DNA of 17,250 nucleotides from an uncultured bacterium (GTDB lineage: Bacteria > Abyssobacteria > SURF-5). The translations under genes and the position numbers were made by a program. The stretch lies in NCBI GenBank assembly GCA_964510165.1, contig CAZEBC010000077.1, positions 1-17,250 on the forward strand, in the 5' to 3' direction. Below the pieces are notes generated by a model. It was not told the origin of the DNA and made no database searches. It was given only the letters and a program-made list of their open reading frames with translations. Shown here in pieces: positions 1 to 8,163 of this stretch (within the stretch, counting starts at the first letter, position 1; every line of letters begins with the position of its first letter).

Positions 1-8
1 AACCCTGT

Positions 9-162
9 GGGTTCGAATTCATTCGACCAACTCTGGTCACTCTAGTCACTTTAGTGCCAGTCCGTGTATGTCCGTGACTGTCCGTGTCAGTCCACATGGT
101 CCACACCGTCCACGGATGCCGATGATCGGTTGTCTTTTCGTGACACCGTGACTCTGTGTTCA
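9..162. repeat. Composite intergenic repeat: REP-like hairpin plus four different triplet tandem repeats
   Basis: TCGAAT-tc-ATTCGA (13-26); 9-mers ACTCTGGTC/ACTCTAGTC/ACTTTAGTG (30-56); 10-mers GTCCGTGTAT/GTCCGTGACT/GTCCGTGTCA (60-89); 9-mers GTCCACATG/GTCCACACC/GTCCACGGA (90-116); 8-mers CGTGACAC/CGTGACTC/TGTGTTCA (139-162). Confidence 0.85.
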
Positions 163-176
163 AAATAGGTTAGAAT
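148..176 (+). promoter_or_regulatory. Putative sigma70-type promoter for the serine hydrolase
   Basis: GTGACT (148-153), 17-nt spacer, TAGAAT (171-176). Confidence 0.35.
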
Positions 177-332
177 AAAGACTCCCGCAATCTGCGGACA
201 AGTGCCGAAACAGCCGCAGCCCCGATGGATTGTCAGCTCGCAACCCTCGATGCGGCTGAACTAAGCTGTGCTCTCTTTGAGACTCGAAAAAATAAACTTC
301 ATCGCCGCCAGCGGCAAAGGAGGAAATTACAG

Positions 333-2267
333 ATGCGACGAAGGGAGAATATTCTCCGAACGCTGAGGAGGGGCTTTGTTCCTGGCTTGCTAATGCTCGT
401 CTTGGCCTATGTCCCTGGCGCTCACGCCGAAGCAGAAGGTCCGCGCGACCCCAACGAACTTGAGACCTTCCTCGACGGCTTCTTCGCCGCCGCGATGCAA
501 CAATATCACGCCCCCGGCCTCGTTTTTGTCATGGTCAAGGACGGTGAGGTTTTCCTCTCGAAAGGCTACGGCTATGCCGACCTGCGTACCAGGCGCGCGG
601 TGGACCCTGAGAAGACCATCTTCCGCGTTGCCTCCGTCTCGAAGCTCTTCACCGCCACAGCAGTCATGCAGCTCGTCGAGCAAGGCAAGCTCAACCTGCG
701 ACGCGATGTCAATGAATATCTGCCCAATTTCCAACTGCCCGTCGCGTTTCCCAAGCCGGTCACCCTTCATCACCTCCTGACTCATACGGCCGGATTCGAT
801 GATCGATTCTTCGGCATGGCCGCCCGCCGCCCTGAAGACCTGCGGCCTCTCGGCCTGCACCTCGCCGAGCGAATGCCGCGCCGCGCGCTTCCGCCCGGCG
901 ATGTCTTCAGTTACTCGAACTATGGCCTCGCACTCGCGGGGTTCCTCGTCGAATCGGTCTCCGGCGAGTCGTTCGAGACTTATGTGAACGAAAACATCTT
1001 CGAGCCGCTCGATATGAAGAGAAGCGCTTTCACGCTGCCTCGCAAACTCATTCCCGACCTCGCACAGGGTTATTTCTACCGCAACCACGCATATCATGAA
1101 GCGCCATACGATTACTTGCAGATGCTCGCGCCCGCAGGATCCCTCCACACGACCGGCGCCGACATCGCCCGTTTCATGCTCGCTCACTTGCAAGACGGCA
1201 GGCTTGGCGAGGTGCGCATCCTGTCGGAGGAAACGGCCCGTCGTATGCACGAACAGCAATTCACGCATCACCCCATGCTTCCAGGATACGCCTACGGATT
1301 CAGCGAGGACATCGTAAACGGCCGGCGACTAATCGGGCACGGCGGCAATTGGCGCGGCTTCACGTCTCGACTCGTGCTTGATCCCGAGGCGCAACTCGGT
1401 TTCTTTCTCTCCTACAATTCCCTCTCCTCTGCCGCGACGGAAAACGGACTCCACCTCGACCTCGTCGACGCATTCTATGACCGGTATTTCCCTGTCGCGC
1501 ACCCACTTGACTCCAGCCCCAAGCCCGATCCCGTTGCCGGCTTGGACCGCTTCGAGGGCCGCTATCGCCATAACCGGTACACGCGCGACTCATTCGGAAA
1601 GCTGGCCGCGCTCCTGAGTGAGTCAAGTGTAACGGCAAACCAGGAAGGAACCCTCACGGTGCGGATGCCCGGCGAGAATCGGGAGCCGATAGAGCTGACT
1701 CAAATCGAACCGCTGGTGTTCATGCGAAGCGACGGGAAAGGATATGTGGCGTTCCGGGAAGACGCCGCCGGAAATATCACGCACATGTTTCTGCACGGCC
1801 TCGGCCCAAACGCCTTTGACAAGCTTTCCCGGCGTGAGACCGCACGCTTTCAGATTCCGCTGATTAGCGGCATCGCGGCCCTGTTTCTCACCGCGCTGTT
1901 CGGCTGGCCCCTCGCCTACGCATTGCGAAAGCCGCGCCCAACCCACCCCGTCGGCGCTCGCGCGGCTCGGTGGATTTCGGCGCTGACCATGGTTCTCTTT
2001 CTCGGTTCGTTAACGGTAATCGCGGTGAGTCTGAGCGGCGACCTGTTCGAATACGCTTACGGAGTGCCCGCTCGAATCGCCTTTCTCCTGCGAATGTATT
2101 ATCTTGTCAGCGCACTTGCGCTGGTGACGCTGGTGTGTGCGATTCTCGCCTGGCGAAAGAGATGGTGGAATCTGCCAGCAAGACTCCACTACACCATCGT
2201 GAGCCTCGCCTCGGTAGCGCTCATCGCGTTCCTGATCTATTGGAGGCTGCTCGGATTTGGGTGGTGA
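333..2267 (+). CDS. Serine hydrolase, beta-lactamase class C/AmpC-like family, with signal peptide and C-terminal membrane helices
   Basis: Catalytic motifs SxxK (VASVSK), YxN (YSNYG) and GHGG; LLTHTAG motif; hydrophobic signal ending AHA-E; about four hydrophobic C-terminal segments. Start moved from 225 to ATG 333, which follows AGGAGG at 318-323. Confidence 0.9.
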   Translation: MRRRENILRTLRRGFVPGLLMLVLAYVPGAHAEAEGPRDPNELETFLDGFFAAAMQQYHAPGLVFVMVKDGEVFLSKGYGYADLRTRRAVDPEKTIFRVASVSKLFTATAVMQLVEQGKLNLRRDVNEYLPNFQLPVAFPKPVTLHHLLTHTAGFDDRFFGMAARRPEDLRPLGLHLAERMPRRALPPGDVFSYSNYGLALAGFLVESVSGESFETYVNENIFEPLDMKRSAFTLPRKLIPDLAQGYFYRNHAYHEAPYDYLQMLAPAGSLHTTGADIARFMLAHLQDGRLGEVRILSEETARRMHEQQFTHHPMLPGYAYGFSEDIVNGRRLIGHGGNWRGFTSRLVLDPEAQLGFFLSYNSLSSAATENGLHLDLVDAFYDRYFPVAHPLDSSPKPDPVAGLDRFEGRYRHNRYTRDSFGKLAALLSESSVTANQEGTLTVRMPGENREPIELTQIEPLVFMRSDGKGYVAFREDAAGNITHMFLHGLGPNAFDKLSRRETARFQIPLISGIAALFLTALFGWPLAYALRKPRPTHPVGARAARWISALTMVLFLGSLTVIAVSLSGDLFEYAYGVPARIAFLLRMYYLVSALALVTLVCAILAWRKRWWNLPARLHYTIVSLASVALIAFLIYWRLLGFGW

Positions 2268-2280
2268 TCCGAGCGAAGCG

Positions 2281-4215
2281 CTACAGCGAGTGCGCGATCT
2301 CCTCAAGCGCGTCGGGGTTTTCGACCGAGGCGATGTCGCCCACGTCCTGCCCGAGCCACTTCTTCTTGATGACGCCGCGCAGTATCTTGGCCGAGCGCGT
2401 CTTGGGCAGCGCCTTGACGAACCGCACGTCCTCGGGCCGTAGCGTCTTGCCCATGATCTTGACGACCTGCTCCTTGAGTTCGGCGCGCAACGCCTCGCTC
2501 GGCTGATAGGCTGGATGCAGCACCACGAAACACACCACGTTCTCGCCCTTTATCTCATGTGGCACGCCAATGGCGGCAGCCTCCGAAACGGCGGGATGCT
2601 CGATGAGCGCAGCCTCGATCTCGGCGGGGCCGGTCCTGCGCCCCGACACCTTGATGGTGTCGTCGGCACGCCCGTGCAGGAACCAGAAACCGTCGTTATC
2701 CACGTGCGCCCAATCTCCGTGATACCACACGCCGGGCCAGCGAGAGAAGTACGTGGCGATATAGCGGTCGGGGTCCTTCAGGAATCCCTTCGTCATCGAG
2801 GGCGCGGGCTTCTTGCACACGAGGTGCCCGATGCCCCCGCGTATCGGCTGGCCGTCTTCATCGAATACATCAATATCCATCGCGAGTCCCGGCCCCCGCA
2901 GCGTGCACGGCTTCAGCGCGGTTATCGGAAGCGGCGACAGCAAACAACCGACAATCTCGGTGCCGCCGGAAATGTTGATGATGGGACACCGCTTGCCGCC
3001 GACGTGCTCGAAGAACCATTCGTAGGACTCAGGGTCCCACGGCTCGCCCGTCGAGCCGAGGATGCGGATTCTCGAGAGGTCATGCTTCTTGACCCAATCG
3101 AGTCCGGAGCGCATGAGCAGCCGGATCGCGGTCGGCGAGATGCCCAGGATGGTGACCCCGTGCCGTTCGCATACGTCCCACAACCGATCTGGCTGCGGAT
3201 AGTCGGGCGCGCCCTCAAATATGAGATATGTGCCGCCGAAATTCTGGACCCCGATGATCTCCCACGGCCCCATCATCCACCCGATATCGGTCACCCAGAA
3301 AAAGGTGTCCTCTTCCTTGACATCAAAATAGTAGCCGAGTTCCTTCGTCATTTGCGCCATGCAGCCCGCGTGCGTGTGAACCGTCCCCTTCGGCTTGCCC
3401 GTCGTGCCCGACGTGTAGATGATGAGCGAATAATCCTCGGCGTCCAGCTTCTCCGTCTCGCAAACCGGCGATTGCTTCGGCACGATCTCATGCCACCAGA
3501 TGTCGCGCGCGCCGTTCCACGGGATATCGTTGCCCATGCGTCGCAGCACCACCACATTCTTCACGCCGGGCGTCATCTCGACCGCGCGGTCGGCCTCTTT
3601 CTTGATCTCCACAAGCTTGGCGCGACGCGCGGAACCGTCAGCCGTGAAGAGGAGCTTCGCCTCAGCGTCACCCAGGCGCGTGGCCAGCGCCGTCGCCCCG
3701 AAACCGGAGAACACCGGTATCGCGACCGCGCCAATCTTCAGGCACGCCATGAGCGCCGTCACGATCTCCGGAACCATCGGCATGTAGATGCCCACCGTGT
3801 CGCCCTTCTTTATGCCCAGGCTCTTCATCGCGTTGGCGAGACGGTTCACCTCGTTGTAAAGCTGCCAGTAGCTGACCGTGCGCACCGAGCCGTCGTCGCC
3901 CTCCCATATGAGCGCGAGCTTGTTGCGACGCCAGCTCAGCGCGTGGCGATCGAGACAATTATGGACGATGTTGATCTTGCCGCCCACAAACCACTTGGTC
4001 CACGGAAATCCGGCGGAATCGTCGAGCACTTTCGTGTATGGCTCGTACCACTCGACGTCGAGGTCCTTCAGCGCGGCGTCCCAGAACCACTCTACGTCCG
4101 AGGTGGACCGCCTGATCAGCTCATCGTAATTCTTTATCTTGTGCTTCTTCATGAACCGCGTGATGTTGCTCTTGCTCTTGTAGTCGCCGTACGGCTTCCA
4201 AATGATATTCTTCAT
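2281..4215 (-). CDS. AMP-forming acyl-CoA synthetase (acetate/acetoacetate-CoA ligase-like)
   Basis: AMP-binding signature YTSGTTGKPKG, WFVGGKINIVHNCLDRH, YHGD, GRADD, LPKTRSAK. TDIGWMMGPW and the N-terminus resemble the acetoacetyl-CoA-synthetase-like subgroup more than canonical Acs. Start set at ATG 4215, preceded by AGGAG. Confidence 0.9.
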   Translation of the reverse strand: MKNIIWKPYGDYKSKSNITRFMKKHKIKNYDELIRRSTSDVEWFWDAALKDLDVEWYEPYTKVLDDSAGFPWTKWFVGGKINIVHNCLDRHALSWRRNKLALIWEGDDGSVRTVSYWQLYNEVNRLANAMKSLGIKKGDTVGIYMPMVPEIVTALMACLKIGAVAIPVFSGFGATALATRLGDAEAKLLFTADGSARRAKLVEIKKEADRAVEMTPGVKNVVVLRRMGNDIPWNGARDIWWHEIVPKQSPVCETEKLDAEDYSLIIYTSGTTGKPKGTVHTHAGCMAQMTKELGYYFDVKEEDTFFWVTDIGWMMGPWEIIGVQNFGGTYLIFEGAPDYPQPDRLWDVCERHGVTILGISPTAIRLLMRSGLDWVKKHDLSRIRILGSTGEPWDPESYEWFFEHVGGKRCPIINISGGTEIVGCLLSPLPITALKPCTLRGPGLAMDIDVFDEDGQPIRGGIGHLVCKKPAPSMTKGFLKDPDRYIATYFSRWPGVWYHGDWAHVDNDGFWFLHGRADDTIKVSGRRTGPAEIEAALIEHPAVSEAAAIGVPHEIKGENVVCFVVLHPAYQPSEALRAELKEQVVKIMGKTLRPEDVRFVKALPKTRSAKILRGVIKKKWLGQDVGDIASVENPDALEEIAHSL

Positions 4216-4258
4216 CGCTCGCTCCTGGTTGGGGTTTCGCAGCTTGACGTGCGCAGAC

Positions 4259-4267
4259 ATTATAACA
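4259..4267 (-). promoter_or_regulatory. Extended -10 promoter element for the acyl-CoA synthetase
   Basis: Minus strand TGTTATAAT (TGnTATAAT consensus) about 45 nt upstream of the ATG; no clear -35. Confidence 0.55.
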
Positions 4268-4295
4268 TAAGGGTAGCTTCTCACTCTTCGAAATA

Positions 4296-5861
4296 TCAGG
4301 GTTGCGGCGTTCCCAAAGCCCCCGGCTGAAGTTGGTCTTTCTCACCTAAGACATGCGCACAATCCTCAAGGCCCTTGCGCGCCGGATAGTAATCGCGGTC
4401 GACTCTCAGCGCGTTCGCAAACTCGGGCGCTGCCAGGTCACATCGTCCCTTCGCCTGGTAGGCAAGCCCGAGGTTGGCGTAATCGTTTTCTCGTATATAG
4501 CCCGAACGAGTCGCGAATGTGAACATGCCGACAAGCAACAACGGGATGAGCGAGAGACACGCTTTCTTCCAGTCCGACGATCTCAGTTTCTCATACCACC
4601 ATACGACGCAGTATCCGGCGAATATCAGAAGGAACGGAACCAATGGAACTCTGAACCTCGAAAGAACAAACAGCGCCACAATTGACGCTGAATAACAGAC
4701 TATGAAGAGCAGCGGCAAGGCTCGCCGAGGCCATTCTTTCAGACTCGCCAGAATGCCCACCAAAGCGAGCGGCGCAATCATCCAAAACGACAACAACAGC
4801 GGAACCCGCAACACCGTCGAGAACCGCCTGGACAGATAGTAGTTCACATTGTTCGGGACCTCGTACCCCGCCAAAAACATGATTGTCTTGCGCGCCAATA
4901 AGCCGAGGTAACCCGCAGGGTCTCCCTTAATCTGCCTGACCGCCGCCCCAAACCAATCTATATCCGCCCTCTGCCTCGGCGTGAGCTTATAGAAATCGGG
5001 AGCAATGCGAAGCATTGAAGGCGTGATGGTAAGCGTGCCGCTCGAATCAATGCAATTCCCGATGTAAAAACAGATGCCGCCGTTCTTGCTGATGAGCACT
5101 CGTTCGCCGCCGACAAGGTAGTTCTTCGCGGCCACGGGCGCAACGGCCGCGACAAATCCGCCAAGCAGAATCGCCGTGCAGATAAGCTTCATCGCGGACT
5201 TTTCCGCGCCTCTTGACAACCACAGCCACAGAATCGCCAAGGGAACGAAAAGCATTATGTTAGGGCTCGCGAGCGTGGTCAATCCGAGGATTACTCCGGC
5301 TGCCAGATGATATGAAGCCGCTTTCTTTTCCTTCGCAATCTGAAGCGATAAGATCGACGCAATACCCAGAAACGTGACCAGGGTGGTCATCAACAGGTGC
5401 GCCTCATAGAAGAGGAACATTCCGTAGAACGCCGCCATGAGCGCAGCAACCGCTCCGACCCTCCCGTCGAACACTCGCTTCCCGAGGACATACACCAGCA
5501 CGCAACTGACGCTCCCCAACAAAGCCTGCGCCAGCTTCACCCAAAGCAGGTCCCTGCCGAACAGTTTCATGAGCGCCGCCACGAAATACGGATATAGCGG
5601 CGCTTGCAGAGGCGGCGTGTTCTCGCGGTCGAGCCAGCCGGAATCGAGAATGCTTCCGGCCCACTCCTCGAACGTATGCATGTCACTGCCGGGAAGCGCC
5701 GAGTCGAAGGTGGGATCGTTCGCCTTGAATTCGATAATATTGAATAATCTAAGCGAGATCGCCAATAGGAAAACGACTATGATGAAAAAGCGTTCCTTGG
5801 AATGATTTCCATACATCGTGGATCGGGGAAGATTCTGGTCAGCATCGGAAGTTGGCTGCAT
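4296..5861 (-). CDS. Polytopic GT-C fold glycosyltransferase (GT39/PMT_2/ArnT-like) with a C-terminal TPR
   Basis: TM1 followed by an acidic loop (PGSDMHTFEEWA), APLYPYF, many TM helices, KNGGICFYIGN loop, SRFRVP, and TPR-like YANLGLAYQAKG...FANALRVD. Start uncertain (5861 or 5816). Confidence 0.8.
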   Translation of the reverse strand: MQPTSDADQNLPRSTMYGNHSKERFFIIVVFLLAISLRLFNIIEFKANDPTFDSALPGSDMHTFEEWAGSILDSGWLDRENTPPLQAPLYPYFVAALMKLFGRDLLWVKLAQALLGSVSCVLVYVLGKRVFDGRVGAVAALMAAFYGMFLFYEAHLLMTTLVTFLGIASILSLQIAKEKKAASYHLAAGVILGLTTLASPNIMLFVPLAILWLWLSRGAEKSAMKLICTAILLGGFVAAVAPVAAKNYLVGGERVLISKNGGICFYIGNCIDSSGTLTITPSMLRIAPDFYKLTPRQRADIDWFGAAVRQIKGDPAGYLGLLARKTIMFLAGYEVPNNVNYYLSRRFSTVLRVPLLLSFWMIAPLALVGILASLKEWPRRALPLLFIVCYSASIVALFVLSRFRVPLVPFLLIFAGYCVVWWYEKLRSSDWKKACLSLIPLLLVGMFTFATRSGYIRENDYANLGLAYQAKGRCDLAAPEFANALRVDRDYYPARKGLEDCAHVLGEKDQLQPGALGTPQP

Positions 5862-5870
5862 AAGGCATAT

Positions 5871-5910
5871 CTGTCGGGTTGGGCTGCAAGTTACGACTTA
5901 GGCCCGACGG
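5871..5910. repeat. Imperfect intergenic hairpin
   Basis: GTCGGG (5873-5878) pairs with CCCGAC (5903-5908), with an inner AAGT-TACG-ACTT stem-loop. Confidence 0.45.
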
Positions 5911-5995
5911 TCTCATTCACAAATCCTCTCTTCAATCTCGGAGGCGCCGGTCGCATCCTTGTCGTCAAACATGCTCCATCTCTCCGTAATCCAAC

Positions 5996-6820
5996 TTACA
6001 GCCATGAATTTGTGGAATTGACCAAATCAGTCAAATCAAGCATTTCATCGAGACGGCCGTCCAGTCTGCACACTTCAGTCACAGCCTTCTTGTGGACGTG
6101 AACAAGTCCGTCAACACAATCGTCAATCAATATCTTGTTCAGACGCGCGGGGTCAAACTCATTGGTGACCACAAGGAAGCGCAGTCTAACGCGGCTTCTC
6201 ATTGCCGCGGACTTATAAATAGGACATTCGTTAGTTATATCGTTAATCCGGTCATGCCTTAGACTCCACTTGGATGAGATGACGGCAACCGGTTTGCTGT
6301 CCGACAGTGCGAGAATATCTATAGATGGAGATGTGCTCCTGCCGGGCATCGCGATGCTGGGAAAGACCGTGTCGCCCCTGACTTCAACCTCATAGGTGAG
6401 CTTTGGATTTCCGTATGACCTGAGGACATGGGCGATTAGCGCTGAAAAGGCGGTTCCAAGCGGGTTTTGGCGTTGCTGCCGGGAATAGCTCTCCGACCGC
6501 ATCAGCCGATCGACCTTATGCTTCACTTCAGACGAACTGCATCTCAGATTTTCGGAGAGATAACTTTCAAACTGCTTGGCCCTGCCCTGCCAGGGCATCG
6601 GCTTATCACTTTCCCTTTTTGCCTTGCTCCTCGACAGCCGCAACTTGTCGGCGTCAATGATGTGAGGCAGGAAATCGAAATTGGCGTCGGCGACCTCTTC
6701 GTACCAGAGCAGCGCCTGATAGATTCCCATCCATGCCGTATGAAGGGATAAACCTGTGGGGTATGTCGCATTCTCGAAGATTCTTATAACGTTCTCTGCG
6801 GTTTCCTGGCGTGTTGGCAT
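5996..6820 (-). CDS. Putative type II restriction endonuclease, PD-(D/E)XK fold, NgoMIV/Cfr10I (CCGG-family)-like
   Basis: SID...ISSKWSLRHDRINDITNE gives the K-X13-E rearranged active site and R-x-D-R motif; downstream VVTNEFDPARL...VDGLVH; RBS AGGGAG; overlaps the 3' end of the upstream MTase by 37 nt. Confidence 0.75.
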   Translation of the reverse strand: MPTRQETAENVIRIFENATYPTGLSLHTAWMGIYQALLWYEEVADANFDFLPHIIDADKLRLSRSKAKRESDKPMPWQGRAKQFESYLSENLRCSSSEVKHKVDRLMRSESYSRQQRQNPLGTAFSALIAHVLRSYGNPKLTYEVEVRGDTVFPSIAMPGRSTSPSIDILALSDSKPVAVISSKWSLRHDRINDITNECPIYKSAAMRSRVRLRFLVVTNEFDPARLNKILIDDCVDGLVHVHKKAVTEVCRLDGRLDEMLDLTDLVNSTNSWL

Positions 6821-8094
6821 TTGCTCCCTTTGATCAGTCCGATCACATATTCGCTGTGCATTCGCAGTTCGATTGTTGACTCTTGCTTGCCGAATCTGGC
6901 AGGCATCATTCTCTTGTTTCTGTCCAGCTTCCTCTCCGCTATGTCCACAAGGTCAAAGCCCACTTGCTCCGCAAGAGTGGCCAGACACAGATGGGTTTGG
7001 ACGTTGATGTCCCGGATTGTGGATGTGCCGACCACAATTATTGCCGCCTTTCGCGGTTTCAGGACCCGGTGCATCTCGCCCAGAGCGGCCTTCATATCAA
7101 CGAAGTATTTGCGCGCCACCCCCGCCTTCTTCGCGTCCTTCTCACCGAGGCTTTGCAATATTTTTCGCACGGTCTCGGGGAAATCGTTCAGGTTCTCGCT
7201 GTTGTATTTTTCCGCCCCAATGTACTTCGTCCTTTTCTCCGTGAGACCCTCTATGGGATAGCCGAGCCAGGACAATGAAAACTTGTGCGCTCTGACATAA
7301 TCGATGGCATTTACGTATGGAGGCGAGGTCACGACGAGGTCCACAACGGAGTCTTTCAATGGCAGGCGCCTGACATCGCCATATGATACGAGCGCGCGCT
7401 GCGAATCGAGCGGCAGATTGCATATCTGCTTAATCGCTTTGTCGGCCTTCTCGGCGAACTTGTCGATCGCGCTCTTGCAGTTCTTGTTCTCGACTTTGTG
7501 CGGGCGCGAATGAGCGAGGTCGCGGGCCAGGGAGACCCCTCCCGACTTGGTCACGATCACAGAGGAGAAGATGACTTCAAGAAACGGCCTTATTGAGGTG
7601 TCGCGCTGCGACGTGATCGCCGTCAGCAAAGCCATCAGCTCCATTTGGACATCCTGGCTGAACCAATAATTGAAAAACTCCACCGTCTTCGGGGTAAATC
7701 CGCTCGCCATTGCTCTGAGTATCTCATCCTTCGAATCAGCGAGTCGCCGCGCGGTTGCCACAATCCTGTCGACGGTGGACGTGACCGTGAAGATATCGAG
7801 AGGAGTGGTCTTCACCCTGCCGATTCGCACCGCGAGCGGGTCAATATCGAACCCGACAGGCTTTCTCCCCAGTAGCAGCGCCTCAAGGACTGCGGTCCCT
7901 GAACCCATCATTGGATCGAGCACCGTTTCCCCCGGCCTGGCAAGCTCGGTTATGAAGACCCGGGGAATCTGCGGGGGGAATTTCGCGGCGAAAGCGTGCA
8001 GCGAATGAGCCGAGTATTGGGTGTTTGAATTGGCGAAGTCAAGGTCGGAATTCAGCAAGGACTGCAACGCGGTTTTTGGTGTCGCGACGGGCAA
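6784..8094 (-). CDS. Amino-type DNA methyltransferase, probably N4-cytosine, alpha motif order
   Basis: H..AKFPP, motif I VLDPMMGSGT, GFDIDP, then motif IV DLVVTSPPY and EMHRVLKP. TTG start preceded by GGGGGAG. Confidence 0.9.
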   Translation of the reverse strand: MPVATPKTALQSLLNSDLDFANSNTQYSAHSLHAFAAKFPPQIPRVFITELARPGETVLDPMMGSGTAVLEALLLGRKPVGFDIDPLAVRIGRVKTTPLDIFTVTSTVDRIVATARRLADSKDEILRAMASGFTPKTVEFFNYWFSQDVQMELMALLTAITSQRDTSIRPFLEVIFSSVIVTKSGGVSLARDLAHSRPHKVENKNCKSAIDKFAEKADKAIKQICNLPLDSQRALVSYGDVRRLPLKDSVVDLVVTSPPYVNAIDYVRAHKFSLSWLGYPIEGLTEKRTKYIGAEKYNSENLNDFPETVRKILQSLGEKDAKKAGVARKYFVDMKAALGEMHRVLKPRKAAIIVVGTSTIRDINVQTHLCLATLAEQVGFDLVDIAERKLDRNKRMMPARFGKQESTIELRMHSEYVIGLIKGSKCQHARKPQRTL

Positions 8095-8131
8095 AGAACT
8101 CTCCCCCTCAGTCGTTGCTTCGTTTGTCCAG

Positions 8132-8160
8132 ATTATACATGCCAGAGGTCACGAATGCAA
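8132..8160 (-). promoter_or_regulatory. Sigma70-type promoter of the R-M operon
   Basis: Minus strand TTGCAT, 17-nt spacer, TATAAT, about 37 nt upstream of the MTase start. Confidence 0.7.
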
Positions 8161-8163
8161 AGG

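Noticed and set aside
6-28. GTGGGTTCGAAT resembling a tRNA T-arm at the window edge
   Set aside because: The 3' strand (TCATT) does not pair with GTGGG, and the sequence is better explained as a TCGAAT/ATTCGA hairpin.
30-116. Possible CRISPR array
   Set aside because: Units are 9-10 nt with no unique spacers, and there are no cas genes.
225-332. N-terminal extension of the serine hydrolase ORF
   Set aside because: A strong RBS precedes ATG 333 and a signal peptide follows it.
390-1271. 293-aa minus-strand ORF
   Set aside because: Antisense shadow of the serine hydrolase with no recognisable motifs.
2515-4329. 604-aa plus-strand ORF
   Set aside because: Antisense shadow of the GC-rich acyl-CoA synthetase; R/H/V-rich, no domain.
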